Counted from the first letter of the whole stretch, positions 52,728 to 63,991 are shown. The stretch: 63,991 bases of DNA, filler included, from Welwitschia mirabilis (GCA_051453625.1; 4 parts of one record of this genome joined end to end with filler, not necessarily neighbours in it); one strand, 5' to 3'. A program made the numbers and translations. Notes: a model not told the origin generated them from the letters alone.

Positions 52728-54304
52728 TGAATGAAGTTTCTCCAAGGCTGCAATACTCAGGTACAAAAAGATTTATAGATTGCTTTGTATTTATCTTCTT
52801 TCTTAAATGTAGATTTCAGAGTTCCATTCATCATTATAAACATACATATTTGCTTTCTCATTTATATAACCAATGGCTTTAACATTTTTTTACCATTTGC
52901 ATAACAAGGGATATGAAGTGCATTGTTTAAGCTTGAAATTATCCTAATGTAGCACAAAAACACCTTTCAAACAGAAAGACTTTAGTGCTTTTCTTTTAAA
53001 ATAAACAAATGTTAAAAAAGGGCTGAAAATGCAATGCATAGGAATAGCTGTGTCATGTTGAGATAAAAATTCGGAATGGAGAGAAGTGCGCTGGGTACTT
53101 TATTAGTAGACTCATCATGCCCTTCTTTGCATAACCAAGAGTGTATTTGGATTGGCGATTGCATGGGTAGAAATTCAAGTGAAATTCGAGACGTTAGCTA
53201 TTTGATAGACAACAAAGATGTCGCCAAACATTGTTTAAACAATATAAAAATTATGATGCCGCCAAATATTGGGAAAAGAAACATGACCTTCCAGCTGTTG
53301 CTGTAACAAAAGCCAAATATTAGGTCTTTTTATGAATTAAAAAATAAAATTAAAAACTTTAATTATTTTAATAAAATATAAATTATTAATTTACAAAATG
53401 AATTGAACAAACTCATAAATTTATCTTTGTTGTTTCAGAGCTATTTGGATTTTGAAATTTAATCTTACCTACATATTATATGAAAATTCTTTAATCCATT
53501 GTGTCTATTATGGAATCAATTTCATTTGAATATGGTTTTCTCAACACTTTCTAAAATCAAGTATTTGCTTAAATTAGATTTTGTAGATTACATTGTCTTG
53601 TTAATTGAAATTTCTTTTTTATATTAGGTTTTCATAAATTTGATTTTTTTAAAATTTAGGTTCCTAATAATATTAATTTTTTAAGATTATGTTGTTTTTA
53701 AATAAGTGTTTCTTAATTGAGTCTATTTTTTTAAAAATATAGTTTCTTAGGTAAAGTTTATTATTATGGACATTGTTATTTTATTTTAGGTAAAAAAATT
53801 ATTCAATAACAATAAGTTTTTAATTTAAAAAACATAATTCTAAATAGAAAGCCTAACAAAATGGGTCCACATTCACCTTATATAAGTGGGTCATATTCTA
53901 AAATAAGGTGTTCTTAAATTAAGATTTTCTTATTTTAAATACAAGTATATGTTACATTTTTTATAATTTTTGTTTTTTAATAATAAGTTTATTTTCTAAA
54001 TCTAGGTCTTCTTTTTACATTAAGTTTTTTCAGTTAGTTTGTTTCTTCTTTTAATCAAGCATTTACAAATTAAGTTCTTCATAAACTTATTTTTTACAAA
54101 TTAAGTTTTGTTGAGTTAAAAATATTTTTAAAATATTACTTTAAAATCATGTTTTCATAAAAATGAGTTTTTTAATGTATGTTATTTATTTTTTTGACAT
54201 AGGTTTTTAAAATTAATTTTTTAAAAATTTTAAATGTAGTTTATCCTTTTAATTACATTTATTTTCTAAATGTAGTTTTCTATGTTACTTTTCATTTCTC
54301 TAGA

Positions 54305-57300
54305 ATGAAATCTAAGACTAAATACCAATGAGCTCTAAATCATGAAAGGCAACAAAGATATCATGAGAGGCAAAGGTTTCATAATGAAAATGATCACTCA
54401 GGAAATTCTTTAAACATATGTAATGATATCAATGATAACAATAATCTAGAAGGTATGAATTAATTTTTGTTTACAACTTTATTATTTTATCAAGACTACA
54501 TTTTTAACAAAATTACCTTTTTTCATGTTCATAGATGACATGAATAATGTAGCTTCTCAACATAGTACTACATCATTTGATATTACAATATAATACTTGA
54601 ATGACCATACAATGCAAGAACTAAATCAACAAATGGAAAACATGCCCATGGTAATAACCCCTCGGTAGAAGTCAATGATCAATTAGTAAACAATGGTATG
54701 ACATAGAAAAGTCACATATCTAATACACAGAGTTTTTTATCATTAACAAGAAGACAAGAATACATGAGACAACAAAAATAGATTATAGGAGAGGATGTTT
54801 ATCATACTCAGCAATCACGCGTATGAAGAGAACGATGAAAAGAGTAGTGTAATGCAATAGTATCAAACTTCAATGTCATCTCCTCTATAAGAAATCTTGA
54901 GCAAACATTGGATTAGCCTCTATATCCTAACTTACATAGACATAAGGTTGATATCTCTAAAGAAACTGAGACATTTTTGAATGAAATATGAGTAAGGTAG
55001 ACATTGCCCTACTTATAGACGGTGTCAGTATGAAAAAAGGAAGGCATAATAGTTGACGATGAAGAAGTTAAAATATTTTTGTACTCTGAATGAGATGAAT
55101 CTAGGGCCTTAGCCATTTGTTTTATCCCATCTTACACAGGTTGAAGAGGTGCTTATTTCAAGGATAAATCCATTGTTTCAAGTTACACATACTACTAGTG
55201 GTCAACTGGTATATTGAGGGCATATAATAAGCTTTTCATAAGATGTGTCACATATTGTTAAAGTTTTGTTTTATAAAATTACACAAATACTAATTCTCAT
55301 TTTAAACAGAAGAGATCAAATCAGAAAAAAATATAATTTTATTATAAATAAGATGTGAGTGTNNNNNNNNNNAGATATGCATGCCTTAGATGATATTAGT
55401 AATTATGAAGATGTTAATGTCTTTCATATGCTTCGAGACATTACTCTTAGTGAAGAGGAAGGAGAAACGAAGCTACATGTTGATGGTCCAATTCTAGAAA
55501 TAGAAGATTCTAACATTATTCAGCACAGATCCTTAATTGTCACTTAATGTCTTCAACTTGAAAGAAACTTGATGCTATAAATAATTGACTATAAAACTTA
55601 TACAACGAGCCCTTCACAAGTGCTCAATTACCATTACTCCTAGAGTCGTCAATCAAGGAGTTTAACACTAGAGGTATGTTATCAATGTCCCTTCCACCAT
55701 TGTTTCCAATAAGTGAGTGTAATATTCTTGTACAAAGAGCTAAGGATGTTAAGTTACATGAGTTTACAAAGCATCTTTTAAGATACAAAGATAAAAGATT
55801 TTATCATCATCCAAGATTTTGGTAAGTACTTCCTTATTTGGTTTATTCTTTAATGAATTAAATGGATCAAATTTTTAACCCTTTAAAAATTATTTTCCAT
55901 TTCAAGTACTATATTTTCAACATGATTATAAGACACAGGGTACTAAGGTCTACAACAATGTTTTTCAAAAAGAACATAGCCAATGCGTCAATCACAATAA
56001 AAGAATTATGTGAATAGATGAATAATCATCCATCAACAGAAATAATAGATAACTTAATGAGATATCGAAGCTCTCTAAGAAGCACATCTTCTTGTTGGAA
56101 AAAAAAATGTGAACTACTAAATATGGTTACCTAGCTTGAAATTCCTACTATATTCTTCACTTTAATTTCTATAGATTTATATTGGCCTAATCTACATGAT
56201 GTCATGCCCAGTGAACAACCATAGTATTCATTGGAAGCCAGACCATGGCGATTACAGAACATCATTAAGAATCCACACATTATCTCAGAGTACATGTATA
56301 ACTATCATTAAAAATTATAGAAATAATTCTAATCAAGGAATTTAATGTTGTAAACTACTGGACATGATTTGAGTGGCAACATAGAGGTTCTTTCCATGTA
56401 CATGGATTTCGATGGACAAAATAAGCTTCAAACATGAAACAATGTAATTGGATTGATGAATCAATTATGACAAATGCTAAGACACTTTTTGATTCCATCA
56501 CACATTCATGAAATAATAGATTTAATGAGTGTTGTAGACCTAATGTTGTGAGTAAAAGTTATATCTTCTTTATCACATATTTAGTTAACTACACTATTTT
56601 AGTTTTTATGATGATTTTCATTTTTATAGGCCTTAAGAAGAAACATGAATCATCATCTATGTTAATTATGAAAAGAGAATCTTGAACATATGTAACTAGA
56701 GAAAGATTACACAACTTTATTAAAGAGTGTTTAAAGACATACAGTTTGTCATCCTAGAGCATGTTTGAGAAAACAAAATGAACAAATGTGTAGGTATTCA
56801 CATACTACTACTCTTTTAACACAATATCTTCAAACTATATATATTAATGCTTATTGATTCATGCAGATATAATATTCCATGGGATTTACATCCTTAGGAT
56901 TCTAGGTTGTCTATAAATGAAAATGATGAGAAAAAGTATGAGCGAAGGAGAAATGATGATATGTTAAATGTTCATAATATAATAATTTTACAAACATGGC
57001 AAGAAAATATAGGCTTCCAACCTACCCTTGATAAATATGTTATTATATAGTATATTATAAAGTATGCCTTAAAGTTATAAAAGAAATCAAAGTTATATTT
57101 TGGCATGTTAATGAAGCTATCACAAGATAGATACCCAGTGAACCTGCCATTTTAACTTACAAGAGACTAATGGTGGATACTAGAGCAGATTGTGATATTG
57201 AAGCTATAGAAACATGCCACATGTTACAGGGACTTTTTTTGGTTGAAAGTAGTAGGGTATTTGTACCACTTAATGTATCTAAAGAGGAATATAAAAAAGT

Positions 57301-59296
57301 CAGACAAAAGATGAAGAACATGTGTATACCACATTGGTAGACCAGTTTCCAAATAGACCACTGCATTTGGAAGGCATGTCATTATTCAATTGTGCAAAAT
57401 ATTTTGTATTTAATTCAATGAAAATAGAAGATAATGCCTTGCATCTTAGAAAAGAACATGCAATTGTCAAAGCTATTCTTAGATTTCCTATGCAACCTAA
57501 TAGAGATGATGACAAATGGATGGCTTATTGTTGAGCTTAGCTACTTCTTCATTATCCATTTAGAGATATCAAATATGATGTAGAAAACACAGATGAAAAA
57601 ATAGAGGTTAGATGAATGTCTATTGTAAATATGTATAAATAGTGTAGTCCATCACATGATGTCGATTTCGAACATGTAATCATTGAGGAGGATCAACATG
57701 AATACATCAAACCATCACATGTGAAACACTATAAAAACGATTATCAAGTATTAATGAGACATCTATTGAATGAAGATGTACTTCAAATAAGTAAACATGA
57801 TATGTTTAGATTACATGATCTTGATAGACAATTGTAATTGGTATGTAAACTATAAAGGGGAATACGATGTGAAATATGTCTTTTTTTTATTCAAAGTAAT
57901 AGGTTATCATGTAATTTATTGGTTTAAGATGAAACAAATCAACTTACTAACCTATCTAGCCTTGGTATAAAATTTTAAAAAAAAATAAAAAAGATACTTC
58001 AACACATTCATATCTTATTTGGTGTTGTAAGAATTCAAGCAAAAAGACATCCAACCTCTACGCGTGATAATCTAAGGAACAAGAGGATCAGGAAATTCTT
58101 TTCTCATTCATGCTATAAGAAATAAATTTAAGAATATGTGTCTAAACATAGAGGTACTATTATGGTGCTAGTACCAACTATAGTCGCAACATACAACATC
58201 AAAGAGACAACAATACATTTAGCTCTGGCTATTAAAATTGGTGACTATGAGCCTGCTTCATCAAGACAATTACTATATGTTCAAAATAGCTAAAAAATGT
58301 CAGGTACATAATTTTTGATAAGATGAGTTTCATAGGTAGTACAATGTTACTTAATATTGACAAAAGACTTAAAGAGATATTTCTAGCTCATACACACAGG
58401 AGTTCCAGTGGAAGATCTATCATATTAATAGGTGATCTTGCACAATTACCTCTAGTGAAGGATTGTCCATCATATAATAATACTGAGGAAATGAAAGCAC
58501 TATAGAGATCATTTACTGTTGTTGTGTTAGATGTAATATATAGATAAAAGAGTGATGATCCAAATTAGTAAATTTTTCAAAATCTATTAATGAATGTAAG
58601 AGATGGTAAAGCTATAGATGATGATTATGAATTTCTAATGATGAGGTTCAAACTTGCTTCCACATCTAATGGAATGCATGTTTTTCGGATTTAAATTCAT
58701 CTATTTGCTATGACTAATATGGTTTCCTCTTATAATAAAAACTGCTTACTTCAAATGCAATCATACATTGCATGATATGTAGTAGACAGGACATTGTTAA
58801 TGCTAATGGTAAATTAGAAACATAGATTCTTCTCTATTAAGGAGCTAGGGTCATGTTGACTATGAGCATATGGCCTAAAGCTAGATAGGTAAATGAGTCT
58901 ATGGATGTTATTAAATCAATAGTTTATCAGTTAGAAAAGAATCCACCTAATCTTTCAACCTATGTCATGGTTAACTCTAATACCTATACTGGAGTTCCTT
59001 TTGATAAATTAAGTCCAAATATAGTCTCCATTATACTGTTCTCTGAAGATTGTGCAAAATAACTACTTCTAAAACTCGCATAGGCATTAATAATTCATAA
59101 ATCTCAAGGGATGACACTTAGTAAAGCATGCAGACACATAGGTCTCAAGGAAATGTCAGAATTGACTTTTATAGCTCTTTCTCAAGTGAAATCTATAGAA
59201 TCATTGAAGATGTTACATCCATTATCTAAACAAAGATACAAAAAATTATCCATGGATTCTAACTTGAAGAGCAGATTAAGAAAGAGCAATGATTAG
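54305..59296 (+). pseudogene. RepHel (HUH replication initiator plus Pif1-family SF1B helicase) pseudogene with at least 4 short introns
   Basis: 'HLTQVEEVLISRINP...GQ..GHI' (about 55128-55230), 'PTIFFTLISIDLYWPNL' (about 56144-56195), 'WT*FEWQHRGSFHVHG' (about 56359-56406), 'YIIKYALK' (57051-57074), Walker A 'GTRGSGNS' (about 58076-58099), 'DKMSFIG', 'IILIGDLAQLPLV', 'IHKSQGMTL' (about 59093-59119). Confidence 0.9.
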
Positions 59297-59865
59297 CAAC
59301 CCTAGAAGTTCAGAATTCATTGATATTGTAATAATTCGCCAATTCATGTATAGTATACATTTGTATTGAGTGATATAAAATAAAATATTATGTATTTCTA
59401 GCATTAAAATATTACTAATTTATCTATGCTACATGCCTATATCGTTCTTGGTTACCTTCAGCATCATAGTTAAATGTCTATATTCTTGTTTATAAGCTTC
59501 ATTGTAATGAAGTGAAATTTGACCTCTATATAAAATTTAGAAGCACTGCCTTACCTAAATTAATACCTTTTTCTTATTTACAAATTTTCACATTTTAATG
59601 TAAAAAAGAGATATCATTACATACTAAAATCATATCCAATTATTTTCTACATAAAGTTTATATGTTTAAATAACATGTTTAATAAAAATGAATACAACTA
59701 ATGATTAAGACATTTCCATAAGGGCCTTACTAATTTAACCCTTTATGACTTATGAAATTGATTCCNNNNNNNNNNNNNNNNNNNNNNNNNNNNNNNNNNN
59801 NNNNNNNNNNNNNNNNNNNNNNNNNNNNNNNNNNNNNNNNNNNNNNNNNNNNNNNNNNNNNNNNN

Positions 59866-61717
59866 TTTATTGGTCTAAGATGAAACAGATCAACTTACTG
59901 ACCTATCTAGCCTTGGTATAAAATATTTTAAAAAAAATACTTCAACACACTCATATCTCATTTGATGTTGCAAGAATTCAAGAAAGAAGACATCCAACCT
60001 CTACGCATGATAATCTAAGGAACAGGAGGATCAGGAAATTATTTTCTCATTCATGCTATAAGAAATAAATTTAAGAAGATGTGTCTAAACAATAGAGGTA
60101 CTATTATGGTGCTAGTACCGACCATAGTCGCAACATACAACATCAAAGAGACAACAATACATTTAGCTCTGGGTATTAAAATTGGTGACTATGAGCCTGC
60201 TTCATCAAGATAATTGCTACATCTTTAAAATGGCTAAAAAATGTCAAGTATGTAATTTTTAATAAGATGAGTTTCATAGGTAGTAAAATGTTACTTAATA
60301 TTGACAAAATACTTAAAAAGATATTTCTAGCTCATACACATAAGAGTTTCGGTGAAAGGTCTATCATATTAATAGGTGATCTTGCATAATTACCTCTAGT
60401 GAAGGATTGTCCATCATATAATGGTACCAAGGAAATGAAAGCACTATAGAGATCATTTAATACTGTTGTTGTGTTAGATGCAATATATAGATAAAAAAGT
60501 AATGATCCAAATTAGCAAAGGTTTCGAAATCTATTAATGAATGTAAGAATGCTAAAGCTATAAATGATGATTATGAATTTCTAATGGTGAGGTTCGAACT
60601 TACTTCCACATCCAATGGGATGCATGTTTTTCAGAATTCAATTCATCTATTTGCCATGAATGGTATGGTTTCCTTTCATAATAAAAACTGCTTACTTTAA
60701 ATGCAATCACACATTGCACAATATGTAGCAGACAGGACACGAGATTTAGTTAAATATGTTGACACTAATGGTGAATTAGAAATAGAGATTCTTCTCTGTC
60801 AAGGAGCTAGGATCATGTTGACTATGAACATATGGCCTAAAGCTAGATTAGTAAATGAGTCTATGGGTGTTATTAAATCAATTGTTTATCTTAGAAAAAA
60901 ATCCACCTAATCTTTCAACGTATGTCATGGTTAACTCCAATACCTATATTGGAGTTCCTTTTGATGAATTAAGTCCAAATATAGTCTCCATCATACCGTT
61001 CTCCAAAGATCGAGCAAAACAACTACCTCTAAAAGGCATTAATAATTCATAAATCTCAAGGGATGACAATTAGTAAAGCATGCAGAGACATTGGTCTCAA
61101 GGAAACATCAGGATTGACTTTTGTAGCTCTTTCTCAAGTGAAATCTATAGAATCATTGAAGATATTACATCCATTGTCTAAACAAAGGTACAAAAAATTA
61201 TCCATGGGTTCTAACTTGAAGAGCAGATTAAGAAAGAGCAATGATTAGCAACCCTAGAAGTTTAGAATTCATTAATATTGTAATAATTCGCCAATTCATG
61301 TATAGTGTATATTTGTATCGAGTGATATAAAATGAATTATTATGTATTTCTAGCATTAAAATATTACTAATTTATCTATGCTACATACCTATATTATTCT
61401 TGGTTATCTTCAGCATCATAGTTAAATGTCTATATTATTGTTTATAAGATTCATTGTAATGAAGTGAAATTTGGCCTCTATATAAAATTTGGAAGCACTG
61501 CCTTACCTACATTAATACCTTTTTCTTATTTACAAGTTTTCACATTTTAATGTAAAAAAGAGATATCATTACATATTAAAATCATATCCAATTGTTTTCC
61601 ACATAAATTTTATATGTTTAAATAACATGTTTAATAAAAATGAATACAACTAATGATTAAGACATTTTCATAAGGGCCTTACTAATTTAACCCTTTATGA
61701 CTCATGAAATTGATTCC
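59866..61717 (+). pseudogene. Second, tandem copy of the Pif1 helicase region and 3' flank of the Helitron-like element
   Basis: Colinear with about 57916-59765; ORFs 59111-59296 and 61063-61248 are near-identical paralogues. Confidence 0.9.
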
Positions 61718-61773
61718 ATAAGAGACTTAATAGATAATGCACTTATAACTACTATTAATTAATGGCAGGTGAC

Positions 61774-61781
61774 CATTAGCT

Positions 61782-61817
<36 letters not shown>

Positions 61818-62236
61818 CTGCCTTTCGGACGAGGTAACAATCATTAACCTAAATACATTTTACCTAAACATTGGTATTGACTATAACCACTTTCAAATTT
61901 AACTTTGCCTAAGTCAACGTTAATTTTTATCATTTGGTCAACATTGATAAGTCATCAAAAGTCAATGCCTTATTCTCAGCCAAAAATTTTCTACTATCAG
62001 GAAAAATTTCCTTGAAAAATTTTGCTCGAGGATGAGGCATTGACTTTTGGTAACTTGTTAATGTTGATCAAATGAAAAAGTCAATGTTGACTTTAGAAAA
62101 AGTCAACTTTGAAAGTGTTAATAGTTAACACCAATGTTTAAGTAAAATGTGTTTAGGTTAATACTTGTACCCTCGTAATGCAGTAGAGATTAATATATCT
62201 TAATCAAATTATATATATATAATATCTAAGCTAATG
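61774..62236. mobile_element. Foldback / MITE-like long inverted repeat (core 61816-62185)
   Basis: Left arm 'acgaggtaacaatcattaacctaaatacattttacctaaacattggt...aaaagtcaatgcctta' pairs with right arm 'tgaggcattgactttt...accaatgtttaagtaaaatgtgtttaggttaatacttgtaccctcgt'. Outer arms are cattagcttaaatat / atatctaagctaatg. Confidence 0.85.
61785..61817. repeat. (TA)n microsatellite
   Basis: AT dinucleotide run with one G interruption. Confidence 0.9.
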
Positions 62237-62276
62237 TACAATTAATATAAATAATCATATAACTTATAAAATACTA

Positions 62277-62560
62277 TGTTGCAGTGTGCATTTGTACAAG
62301 TTTTTACATTTAAAGAGATCTTGTCATTTGTAACTAAAACAGATATCTTACACAATACATCACACTAGTATAAATAAGAGTAGACCCGAAATGTTGTATC
62401 TCGTTGAAGTCTATGAGATGAGACTTAGGTTGCTTTGTAAAATAATACTAGGAACCAGAAATAAAGAATAATGCAATAAAATAAAGATACAATGCAAGAT
62501 GTAAGATGCAATCTAAACTAACATGCAATGCAAAAATAACCCTAACTCTACTTGCTTTCA
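62277..62560 (-). repeat. LTR family A-related 3' terminus, truncated by a gap
   Basis: 'tgttgcagtgtgcatttgtacaag' matches the reverse-complement LTR end seen at 50790. Confidence 0.75.
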
Positions 62561-62660
62561 NNNNNNNNNNNNNNNNNNNNNNNNNNNNNNNNNNNNNNNN
62601 NNNNTTAATTAATTAANNNNNNNNNNNNNNNNNNNNNNNNNNNNNNNNNNNNNNNNNNNN

Positions 62661-63991
62661 CACTATCGGCAATAGAGTAAATGATTCCAGCATCCATAAG
62701 TTTTATGATTTCATCTTTTACGATTTGTTTTAAGGCTAGATTTAATCTATGTTAGGGTTACCTAACAGGTTTTGAATTTTCCTTAAGATAGATTTTGTGT
62801 TGCACAATGGAAGTGGGGATGGCTGATAGATCGTTATGAGATCAAACGAATGCATGAACTTTTGACTTTAAAAGTGAAATAAGATCAGATTCTTATTGAG
62901 GTGAGAGATTTTTGTTGATAATCAAGGGTCTATTTATATCCCTGTTTAGAAAAATGTATTTCAGTCCACTGGTTAAAGGTTTTAGGATTAGGTTAAGGTT
63001 CGGACTTTTGGTTTTAGAAAAATTTTCAGAAGAGTTGCCTGAAGACTGACGTCCGGATGGCATAAGTGGACGAACGATCTCAGAACAAGATTTCGTAGGG
63101 TATTCATTTTCTTGGACTTCATTACAAGTTGCAGACTCAGTTTTTCTCCTCATCAGACTAGAAAGCTCAGTGGAGAAATGGTCAAACTTAAGTTGTTCAT
63201 TAAGCACATAAAGATATTCTACTTTCATATGATTATCAAATAAGATTGGCTCATGAAGCATGGACCATCTCTCTTCAAGTGGACGGTGCTATAAGAACAA
63301 GGTTGGTTTTATTTCTTTCTCTAATCTTAAATCATTGCCTAAATCTTTTTCGGCTGCATCAAAGACTCTAATTAAAAATTGTTTATTTCCAAAATGGCAT
63401 TTCATTAATCCAATTCTTGTGTCGATGATGCAATGGGCTATTGCATAGAAAGCTCTTCTTAGAAGTAGGGGATATTCACCTTGGTGCTTAACTTCTAAAA
63501 TAACTACATCTATTGGGTAGAAAGCTTCCTCAATTTGAATAACTAAGTCCTTGATCATACCTAATGGTTTCTTCACAGACGTGTTGGCTAACTCTAAGAT
63601 AACTCGTGTAGGTTCTACTTTGTCTTCTAATCCAAGTCATTGACAAATATGTAAGGGCATGATGTTAACACTAGCTCCTATGTCTATAAAGGCTTTCTTT
63701 ATTCTTTGGTTCCCTTCTAATATGACACTAACTGTTGCTGCCCCTAGATCTTTAAATTTTGGATACTTCTGGAAAACTAAATTGCTAATAGATTGAGCTA
63801 GGAAAACTTTACTAGGGATGACTCATTTTTGCTTTCTTTGAATTAGGTCTTTTCATAGCTTAGAATATTTTGGATTTTTTTGCAAAAGTTTCTAGAAGGG
63901 TAAATTGATACTTACATATTTCATCAAGGCTTTTAAGTGATCATCAAAGACAGGGTTTATGTTAAGCCTATTAAGTCATGAGGTAGCAGGT
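62661..63991 (-). pseudogene. pol: Athila-type gag-pol fragment (gag linker, aspartic protease, RT N-terminus)
   Basis: 'KAFIDIGASVNIMPL' (about 63655-63700), 'PLGMIKDLVIQIEEAFYPIDVVIL...PLLLRRAF', 'LKPLTSGLKYIFL', and RT start 'QHKIYL...VKDEIIKLMDAGIIYSIADS'. Confidence 0.92.

Larger units (their letters stand above)
52200..61780 (+). mobile_element. Helitron-like rolling-circle transposon of Helitron2/Helentron (HLE2) type, degenerate; termini not defined
   Basis: Rep HUH and Pif1 helicase motifs (see next feature); boundaries are approximate. Confidence 0.75.

Noticed and set aside
58060-59296. Host PIF1 helicase gene
   Set aside because: It is fused downstream of HUH Rep motifs, riddled with stops and tandemly duplicated, which fits a rolling-circle transposon.
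62277-63991. Treating the LTR end at 62277 and the gag-pol at 62661 as one deleted element
   Set aside because: A linker gap of unknown true size separates them, so the missing RT, RNase H and integrase cannot be called a deletion.
1-63991. Fungal RIP as the cause of the C>T bias
   Set aside because: The element lineages (Athila-type, Sirevirus-type) are plant-specific, and methylation-driven deamination is a sufficient explanation.

Overview
AT-rich eukaryotic (plant-type) heterochromatin from a draft assembly with many N gaps. I found no intact host gene, RNA gene or CRISPR array; essentially the whole window is decayed transposable elements. The centre (14.0-49.5 kb) is a five-deep nest. 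A Sirevirus-type Ty1/copia element with an env-like ORF (14041-49514) is split by a pol-less Athila-type Ty3/gypsy element (16567-40314). That element holds a minus-strand Sirevirus-type copia (19478-35456), which holds a plus-strand copy of the same family (25302-33005), which holds an Athila-type LTR (30428 to a gap). Most junctions show 5-bp target-site duplications, primer-binding sites and polypurine tracts. Athila-type gag-pol remnants lie at both window ends and at about 10.9-11.7 kb. The most unusual element is a decayed, intron-containing Rep-helicase gene at about 54.3-59.3 kb. It has Helitron2/Helentron (HLE2)-type motifs rather than canonical plant Helitron motifs, a tandemly duplicated helicase and 3' block, and a foldback hairpin of about 0.4-0.5 kb downstream. 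Also notable is a copia family whose two copies share an internal deletion of the Gag capsid core while keeping pol. All calls come from reading motifs and alignments by eye; no database search was run.
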